Origin: a virus
Taxonomy: Duplodnaviria > Caudoviricetes
Reading direction: 5' to 3' (one strand)
DNA: 45,107 nt
Virus record (IMG/VR): IMGVR_UViG_3300030376_006335
Span: 1 to 45,107 of that record
Position numbers and translations under genes: made by a program. Under the pieces are notes generated by a model, which made no database searches, was not told where the DNA came from, and saw only the letters and a list, made by a program, of their open reading frames with translations. Position 1 is the first letter of the stretch, and every line of letters begins with the position of its first letter. Shown here piece by piece: positions 37,156 to 45,107 of this stretch.

Positions 37156-37722
37156 TTACCCTTTCATAATCTTTAGAGAATTACGAATAGTTCCATTGAC
37201 AGATTGAACAGTGATTCCGAGTTCTTTTGCGATTTCAGAAGTTTTCATTTCATGACAATCAATACCAAATTTCATTTTGATAATTTCTTGTTGTTTAGGT
37301 TTTAGTTTACCCATTAACATTTCAATCTTGTACTTAAGGTGATCTGAATCATGACGAGATTCAATATGAGATTCATATGTACCTTGATATGTTGGATCCA
37401 ATTCAGATACTTTAGGACCTATATCAGGAATATGAGTTTTATGAGCAGGTACACGAATTGTTCGGCTCTTATTGTTTAGAGCTTGTCGGATTGTAGCTTT
37501 AATCCATGCTGCTGCATATGAAGAGAATTTAGATCCTCCGTCTTTTTTCCATTTATCACGAGCTTTACAAAGGCCGATAGTACCTTCGTGAATTAAGTCT
37601 TCTAACGATAATCCCATTCCTTGATATTTTTTAGCAAGGTGTACAACCAATCTCATATTGGATAGTACTGGATCTGTTGAGTTAATGTTTTTCTGAATGT
37701 CTTTGTACAAAGTAGTGTTCAT
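37156..37722 (-). CDS. Minimal sigma70-family factor (regions 2 and 4)
   Basis: NMRLVVHLAKKYQGMGLSLEDLIHEG.IGL, KFSSYA..WIK..I..AL....RTIRVP.H, C-terminal HTH EIAKELGIT. Confidence 0.9.
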   Translation of the reverse strand: MNTTLYKDIQKNINSTDPVLSNMRLVVHLAKKYQGMGLSLEDLIHEGTIGLCKARDKWKKDGGSKFSSYAAAWIKATIRQALNNKSRTIRVPAHKTHIPDIGPKVSELDPTYQGTYESHIESRHDSDHLKYKIEMLMGKLKPKQQEIIKMKFGIDCHEMKTSEIAKELGITVQSVNGTIRNSLKIMKG

Positions 37723-37753
37723 ATAGTTTTCCGTTTTGGTTAATTAATTAATA

Positions 37754-37811
37754 TATAAATATAATACAATTTGTTGGGTTTTGAACCATAAAATCTTGTT
37801 TTTTTCAAAAA
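37754..37811 (-). promoter_or_regulatory. Early-type promoter repeat, copy 1 (upstream of sigma)
   Basis: 58-bp ungapped direct repeat with 37959-38016 (48/58 identical by manual count), containing TGG...GTATTATATTTATA. Confidence 0.75.
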
Positions 37812-37825
37812 GTTATTAACAATTT
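37809..37825. repeat. 17-bp inverted repeat, left arm
   Basis: AAAGTTATTAACAATTT; exact reverse complement at 38281-38297. Confidence 0.7.
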
Positions 37826-37935
37826 TCAACTGGTTCATAAATGTTATAAGGTTCATTAACCCCACTTTCATTATATCGATTTACTGTTATTTCTCGGCAG
37901 TATCCTACTCCTTCAATGTAAACTATTTCTTCCAT
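37816..37935 (-). CDS. Small early protein, 39 aa
   Basis: MEEIVYIEGVGYCREITVNRYNESGVNEPYNIYEPVENC, directly downstream of promoter repeat copy 2. Confidence 0.5.
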   Translation of the reverse strand: MEEIVYIEGVGYCREITVNRYNESGVNEPYNIYEPVENC

Positions 37936-37958
37936 GTTTCATGTATTGATTAATATAG

Positions 37959-38016
37959 TATAAATATAATACTATTTTTTGGGATTCGTACCAAGATTTC
38001 TTGTTTTTTTTAAAAA
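37959..38016 (-). promoter_or_regulatory. Early-type promoter repeat, copy 2
   Basis: AAAAAAACAAGAAATCTTGGTACGAATCCCAAAAAATAGTATTATATTTATA. Confidence 0.75.
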
Positions 38017-38201
38017 TTTTTCTTTAGTTTCATTTCGTGCCATTCATCAGCAAACCAGCACATTATTTCTTTTTCTCTTTTTAGCATTCTTTTTGCAATT
38101 GAAATTGCATATTTTAGGCCTTGTCTTGTACCTTCATGATATAGCTCTGATTCTAATTCTGTAATAAGTTCTCTTAAAGGTGTTTTAATTTTGTTGTTCA
38201 T
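38010..38201 (-). CDS. Small hypothetical protein
   Basis: 63-aa ORF with a degenerate TAATTATATTAATA promoter-like element upstream. Confidence 0.6.
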   Translation of the reverse strand: MNNKIKTPLRELITELESELYHEGTRQGLKYAISIAKRMLKREKEIMCWFADEWHEMKLKKNF

Positions 38202-38280
38202 AGTATGTGTTATTAATATGTTATATTAATATAATTACATACTTCTGGAGAAATTTACAGGATTTTCACAATTATTTTAG

Positions 38281-38297
38281 AAATTGTTAATAACTTT
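38281..38297. repeat. 17-bp inverted repeat, right arm
   Basis: AAATTGTTAATAACTTT. Confidence 0.7.
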
Positions 38298-38502
38298 ATA
38301 ATTCACCTGCTTTTAGCTTATCATTCTCAATATCATCAATTAGAAACCTAATTCTATCTGCTGCTATATAAGGTGATTCTTCTTCTAATAATTGGAGAAT
38401 TTGTTTAAGGTTTTTAATTACTAACCTTTTTGAACATAATGGGTTGGATGGTGGAGTATATCCTTCAGATAACCATTCTTTTACAGTGTCTCTAAAACTC
38501 AT
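38296..38502 (-). CDS. Small hypothetical protein
   Basis: 68-aa ORF preceded by AAAC-N17-TATAA (38517-38542). Confidence 0.65.
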   Translation of the reverse strand: MSFRDTVKEWLSEGYTPPSNPLCSKRLVIKNLKQILQLLEEESPYIAADRIRFLIDDIENDKLKAGEL

Positions 38503-38545
38503 AGATTGATTTATTATTATAGGTAATAAATCAGAAATGTTTCAG

Positions 38546-38965
38546 TTAAAATTGAGTTTCTTTTTTAACTACATCAATAGCTCTAACAAGCTTATCATAG
38601 TCAACAGGACATTTAAGATCTAATCCTGCTCTTGCAGTAAATTTAATATATGCATCACCTCTGATATAAAGAAGTAATGTTGGTGCCATTCTAATCTTAA
38701 GATCCTTTTTTAATTTAGGGGATTCTGCTATATCACATCTATAATATTTTACCCCATCTAAATCATCTATCTTTTTCCAATCTTTAAAGGCATTATCTTT
38801 ATTGAACTCTGCATAAAATTCTACTACTATTACATCATGTGTAGAATTATCTTCAAATGCTTCATATCCTGTAACTTTAGTATCAAAGTCATCATCTGAA
38901 ACCCAGTTTTGCGCAAATACAGTTGAGCTTAATATCAGACAAATAATGAATAAAATCTTTTTCAT
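38546..38965 (-). CDS. Secreted thioredoxin-fold protein lacking CxxC (probable start MKKILF at 38965)
   Basis: Signal peptide MKKILFIICLILSSTVFAQ; VVEFYAEFN in place of VDFWAxWC; I...PTLLL cis-Pro motif. Confidence 0.7.
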   Translation of the reverse strand: MKKILFIICLILSSTVFAQNWVSDDDFDTKVTGYEAFEDNSTHDVIVVEFYAEFNKDNAFKDWKKIDDLDGVKYYRCDIAESPKLKKDLKIRMAPTLLLYIRGDAYIKFTARAGLDLKCPVDYDKLVRAIDVVKKETQF

Positions 38966-38966
38966 A

Positions 38967-39251
38967 CTATCTTTCTTTTTGTATGTCGTACAATCTTTGA
39001 TCCATTTTTTCAAGCTGTTCTTTTATAGCTTCAACATCTTCTTGTGTATCCATAATTGTTTGACGAATTAATTCATCTTTTAAATCATACTCTACTCTAT
39101 CAATAACAGGTTTAGGTAATTCTTTGGCTTCATCAATATCTGCTTGTAAAACAAACCACATACTTATTACTGTTGCCATAGCTGCACCAATACCAACTAA
39201 AGTTTTTATACTAACTCTAAATCCTAAATCCTCGTTTATTTCCTTTGCCAT
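38967..39251 (-). CDS. Single-pass membrane protein with coiled coil
   Basis: TLVGIGAAMATVISMWFVL transmembrane segment followed by a charged coiled coil. Confidence 0.7.
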   Translation of the reverse strand: MAKEINEDLGFRVSIKTLVGIGAAMATVISMWFVLQADIDEAKELPKPVIDRVEYDLKDELIRQTIMDTQEDVEAIKEQLEKMDQRLYDIQKER

Positions 39252-39252
39252 T

Positions 39253-40470
39253 TTATCTAAAAGTATAATTTAATCCAAATGAAGATTGATATAATTTACT
39301 ATCCCACATTTTACTGTATTCACCTTCAACGAATACACCAAGGTTCTTTCCTATTTTCCAACCAAAACTAGCACCGAAGGAATAATCAGTCCATTGCTCT
39401 AAATCTGAATCTTGCATTAGTCCACCTTTACCCCAATTGTTTCTATTTAAGTAAGATACTTCTTCATCACCCATAACATATTTATGATAAGGTAAGATGT
39501 AATTACCGTAGGCATGTAACCAAAAGTTTGATTTATAATGATAAAAATCAAAACCTATAATTGGAGCAACTTCACCAAATCGGTCTAACTGACTCCATAT
39601 TTCATTATTATATCTGTTCATTAATCCTGGAAAAATAGATTCTCTAAAATCTAAATCTGAAGAAGCAACTTGAACTCCGTTAGAATCAATCCAATACCAA
39701 TCTTGTTGAGTTACTTCTTCACCTGTATAAGGGTCAGTGCTAGTTCCTTCATAAAAGATATCTTGATAACCATAGTCATATCCTAAAGTATACCATGGGT
39801 TAGCTGGATATTCTTGACCATTAATAATTTCAGTTTCATTTAACCAAATTTCTACGGGATTATACCCATATGCTCTATCATGTGTTCTAAAGATTGCACC
39901 GGCTGAAAAGGAAAACTTTTCACCAATAGGTAAACGACCTCTTACTTCAGCTGATTGATAATTTAAATTGATTCTACCAACTTCTCTACTTTCAGCTTTT
40001 ACTATATGATATTTACCAGTATGTTTTAAAAAGAATCTATGATTTTTAAATTCTCTACCTTGCCATCTTTCTTTTTCTAAATGAAATTGATATTCAAATC
40101 CATCCACAGCAGAAGTAGGTGCAGTAAAGGCTAATTGTTGTTCTGTACCATCATAATAGTTTCTAGGCTTTCTTTCATAACCAAATCTTGCTAACTTTCT
40201 TATTCCAAAACCATACCTATAATCAAAAGGAAAAGACGGAGTATTATCTACAACATCTGGAATAGAATATATTGAACCATCTGGGTTTGTTCTAACAAAA
40301 TAGGAAGGATTAGCTGCCTCTACAGAATTTCTTATTTCTCCTGATCCATAAACTGTACCGTATTTTAAAAAGTCTTGATATATCTTATTAAAAAATGAAT
40401 CATTTTGAGCATTTACATTAGATGGGACCAGCATTACCAATGCAATTATTATGCTAATTAAGTATCTCAT
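39253..40470 (-). CDS. Exported, probable outer-membrane beta-barrel protein
   Basis: Signal peptide MRYLISIIIALVMLVPSNVNAQ; aromatic/Gly-rich amphipathic strands; C-terminal beta-signal-like SFGLNYTFR. Confidence 0.7.
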   Translation of the reverse strand: MRYLISIIIALVMLVPSNVNAQNDSFFNKIYQDFLKYGTVYGSGEIRNSVEAANPSYFVRTNPDGSIYSIPDVVDNTPSFPFDYRYGFGIRKLARFGYERKPRNYYDGTEQQLAFTAPTSAVDGFEYQFHLEKERWQGREFKNHRFFLKHTGKYHIVKAESREVGRINLNYQSAEVRGRLPIGEKFSFSAGAIFRTHDRAYGYNPVEIWLNETEIINGQEYPANPWYTLGYDYGYQDIFYEGTSTDPYTGEEVTQQDWYWIDSNGVQVASSDLDFRESIFPGLMNRYNNEIWSQLDRFGEVAPIIGFDFYHYKSNFWLHAYGNYILPYHKYVMGDEEVSYLNRNNWGKGGLMQDSDLEQWTDYSFGASFGWKIGKNLGVFVEGEYSKMWDSKLYQSSFGLNYTFR

Positions 40471-40552
40471 ATTAGATTGAACTATTTTTAGTATTTATTT
40501 AAAGATTTACAAATTTTCTTAATGAATTATATTTAAAGTGGCTATAAATAGA

Positions 40553-40576
40553 AAATGCTAGCATAAGCTAGCATTT
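40553..40576 (-). terminator. Hairpin/terminator
   Basis: AAATGCTAGC-TTAT-GCTAGCATTT(T). Confidence 0.65.
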
Positions 40577-40633
40577 CATTAAAGAGGTTTTAACTTCTTT
40601 AGATATATTATATAATGTATAAACTAAAGTGGG

Positions 40634-40915
40634 TTAATCTCTTAGTTTCGTAATCCATTTTATAGATTCTTTACACAACTCAAATTCTTCTGCTTCCTCG
40701 CATCTAACTAAATTAGTTTCTAATGCATCTAGGTATCCTGATTTTTCTACAGACAGATCTAAATCTAATGTTGTTAAAACTCCTACAACAACTTTATCAG
40801 CATCTTTTTCTAATGCTTCAATAATTGCTTTAGTTGTAAATACTGAAACCTCATGAGCTCTTTTTTGAGCTTCAGCTTCTAACTCTTCTACATTTGTTGC
40901 TTTAAAGTATAACAT
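40634..40915 (-). CDS. Small protein with C-terminal UVR (UvrB/C)-like motif
   Basis: EEAEEFELCKESIK resembles the E.E.YE.A..IRD motif. Confidence 0.55.
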   Translation of the reverse strand: MLYFKATNVEELEAEAQKRAHEVSVFTTKAIIEALEKDADKVVVGVLTTLDLDLSVEKSGYLDALETNLVRCEEAEEFELCKESIKWITKLRD

Positions 40916-41250
40916 TATTTTAAACCTTTTTTAATTTGATTACATACATGGCATCTTTCATACTCTTCATCTCTTTCAAATATTTTAATCATATTATCTA
41001 ACATTGTTTTAACTTGATTAATATTTAAAACCTTTGTCTTAATTAAACTATTAACTGCAAATGTAGCATCATTAATATCCAAAGTAATAAAATCGTGGTA
41101 GAATTTATTAGCTTGTTCTCTTGCCCATGTTTCTTGATCTTCTCTCATATCTTCCATTGCATATAGTTTTGCGATTTCATTCATTTCGATACCATGATCA
41201 TTAGGATTGAATCCATCGTCAGGATCTTGATTTAACCAATCGTCTAGCAT
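40915..41250 (-). CDS. Small protein with C-terminal UVR (UvrB/C)-like motif
   Basis: FERDEEYERCHVCNQIK. Confidence 0.55.
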   Translation of the reverse strand: MLDDWLNQDPDDGFNPNDHGIEMNEIAKLYAMEDMREDQETWAREQANKFYHDFITLDINDATFAVNSLIKTKVLNINQVKTMLDNMIKIFERDEEYERCHVCNQIKKGLK

Positions 41251-41323
41251 ATTGTTTATTTTATAGTTTATTTATTTAAATAAATTATAACAAAAAATGA
41301 AAAGAATTGAAAGATATAGGGAA

Positions 41324-41764
41324 TTAAATTATAGATCCACTATCGATTATTTCGCCAGCTTTTATATGAGAACCCATAGTAATAGTTACATTATCACCTA
41401 TAGTTACATTATCTTCTATTATACAATTAACATCTATAATTGTACCTGCTCCAATATAAACCTGATCACCTATTTCAGTAGTTGGTCTAATTAAAGAACC
41501 TGGACCAACGACTAGCCCTTTACCATAAATTACTCCATGAAGATCATCTAATCCTTTAAATAAAGTACCAAATTTTTCTGTGCTTAAATAATTAATAGCA
41601 ATCTTTTCTCTATCTGGACCATTTTCTTCTGCAATAATCCAAGGAAGGTCCATTGCTTCTGGGAATGTATTTTCATCATATTGAGCATATTCACCTTCTT
41701 GTAATAAAGAAGTTACTTTAACTGCCCATTCACTATTTCCGAAAACATTTATTGTTGCTACCAT
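41324..41764 (-). CDS. Truncated PglD-like left-handed beta-helix (hexapeptide repeat) protein
   Basis: INVFG N-terminus; IGDQVYIGAGTIIDVNCIIEDNVTIGDNVTI repeats. Confidence 0.7.
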   Translation of the reverse strand: MVATINVFGNSEWAVKVTSLLQEGEYAQYDENTFPEAMDLPWIIAEENGPDREKIAINYLSTEKFGTLFKGLDDLHGVIYGKGLVVGPGSLIRPTTEIGDQVYIGAGTIIDVNCIIEDNVTIGDNVTITMGSHIKAGEIIDSGSII

Positions 41765-41791
41765 TATGAGTATTAATTTATTTTATATATC

Positions 41792-42121
41792 TTATTTAAA
41801 CCATTTTAATGCAGCTATGATCATACCGAATAAAATTTGTACTACTGCCCATACTGTAATGGCTTGAGTTTTAAAAGTTTTTAGAGCAGCAACCTCTTTA
41901 ATTGTAGAATCTAATTGTGATGGTGAAGCTACCTCATCAACTTCTTTTTTCCATCTCCATAGCTCTTTAGCAAAATCTTCCTTAACTTTAAGTTCAGCTA
42001 TCTGTTGTTTAAGATCTTGTATTTCTCCATTAAGATTTGTTATGCCATCATTAAGTCTTTCTAATTCAGCAATTACTAATTTAGAATATTCATTCCATCC
42101 ATTTTGTTCCCCGTTAGCCAT
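41792..42121 (-). CDS. Coiled-coil protein with C-terminal transmembrane helix (holin/XhlA-like architecture)
   Basis: Heptad region followed by AITVWAVVQILFGMIIAAL. Confidence 0.55.
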   Translation of the reverse strand: MANGEQNGWNEYSKLVIAELERLNDGITNLNGEIQDLKQQIAELKVKEDFAKELWRWKKEVDEVASPSQLDSTIKEVAALKTFKTQAITVWAVVQILFGMIIAALKWFK

Positions 42122-42299
42122 TTTTAAGAATTTGTTTTATCTTTTTTATTTTAGCTGTATCGCATTTTATTTTTTTATCTTCTACAACTGATTTAATACA
42201 AGAAAGATGATTCTTAATAATTACATCCCTATCAGCTAAATTATTAACTAATTGTTTTAAATCTTCTATGCACGAAGGTTTTGACGTTAAGGGGTCCAT
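42114..42299 (-). CDS. Small hypothetical protein
   Basis: 61-aa ORF overlapping the next gene; AATAAATA upstream. Confidence 0.5.
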   Translation of the reverse strand: MDPLTSKPSCIEDLKQLVNNLADRDVIIKNHLSCIKSVVEDKKIKCDTAKIKKIKQILKNG

Positions 42300-42311
42300 C
42301 TTTATATTATT

Positions 42312-42503
42312 TTATTTTTTATTTATTCTTTTTATAATGTGTGTTGGTTGGTCTGGTTGTGTAGATTCCCACGCAGTTTTAATAGTTTCTTTAACTCGCT
42401 GTAGTGTACTTGATCTTTCTTTGGTTTGATTATCATAAATCTTATTACCTTGACTATCTCTTACATAACCTTTTGCTTTAGCTTTTCCGCAACCACATCC
42501 CAT
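42312..42503 (-). CDS. Small protein with N-terminal MGCGCGK motif
   Basis: 63-aa ORF, tightly packed. Confidence 0.6.
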   Translation of the reverse strand: MGCGCGKAKAKGYVRDSQGNKIYDNQTKERSSTLQRVKETIKTAWESTQPDQPTHIIKRINKK

Positions 42504-42506
42504 AAT

Positions 42507-42710
42507 TTACCATTTATTTTGAGGACAACTTTCAGTTGACCATTTAGCTTTTTTGTTTAAATAACATCCACATATACAACATTTAGATCCGCATTTATCA
42601 GAACATTTATCACATATTGCAATCCTATTAAGATATTTATCCGTAGTTACCTGATCTCCCCAAATAATGTACTTGGTTAATGCTATTATAAATCTAAATA
42701 ATCTTATCAT
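42507..42710 (-). CDS. Cys-rich small protein (DUF6171-like); probable start MIRLF at 42710
   Basis: R..IC..C......C..CGC....K......CP..KW pattern. Confidence 0.65.
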   Translation of the reverse strand: MIRLFRFIIALTKYIIWGDQVTTDKYLNRIAICDKCSDKCGSKCCICGCYLNKKAKWSTESCPQNKW

Positions 42711-42721
42711 AATTATTAATG

Positions 42722-45107
<2,386 letters not shown>

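Overview
AT-rich segment of a large T4-superfamily (myovirus, jumbo-type) bacteriophage. Virtually all real genes are on the minus strand. The host is probably Bacteroidota: there is an Hc1-type histone-like gene, A-rich leaders with no Shine-Dalgarno sequence, and TAnnTTT-type early promoters. Contents from left to right: (1) head module (major capsid protein, protease-scaffold fusion, portal, gp2, gp4, gp55 late sigma, gp15-like); (2) recombination/replication genes (gp46/47, gp41 helicase, UvsX, sliding clamp); (3) a family-B DNA polymerase split into two genes about 15.4 kb apart. The interval between the polymerase halves holds a candidate DNA-hypermodification operon (HAD phosphatase, APH-fold kinase, nucleotidyltransferase, T4 BGT-like glycosyltransferase, epimerase, SAM methyltransferase, non-canonical C5-cytosine MTase), a PglF/PglD/PglE bacillosamine-type pathway with a GT2 that carries a capsid-targeting-like N-terminus, kdsA and nrdAB. 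Further right are a dCTPase/dUTPase, a glycosylase resembling metazoan NEIL1, a minimal sigma70, an outer-membrane beta-barrel module, small proteins, and a long Thr-rich collagen-like fibre gene that the ORF track mis-framed. Three promoter classes can be read from the sequence. All family assignments come from motif recognition by eye; no database searches were run.
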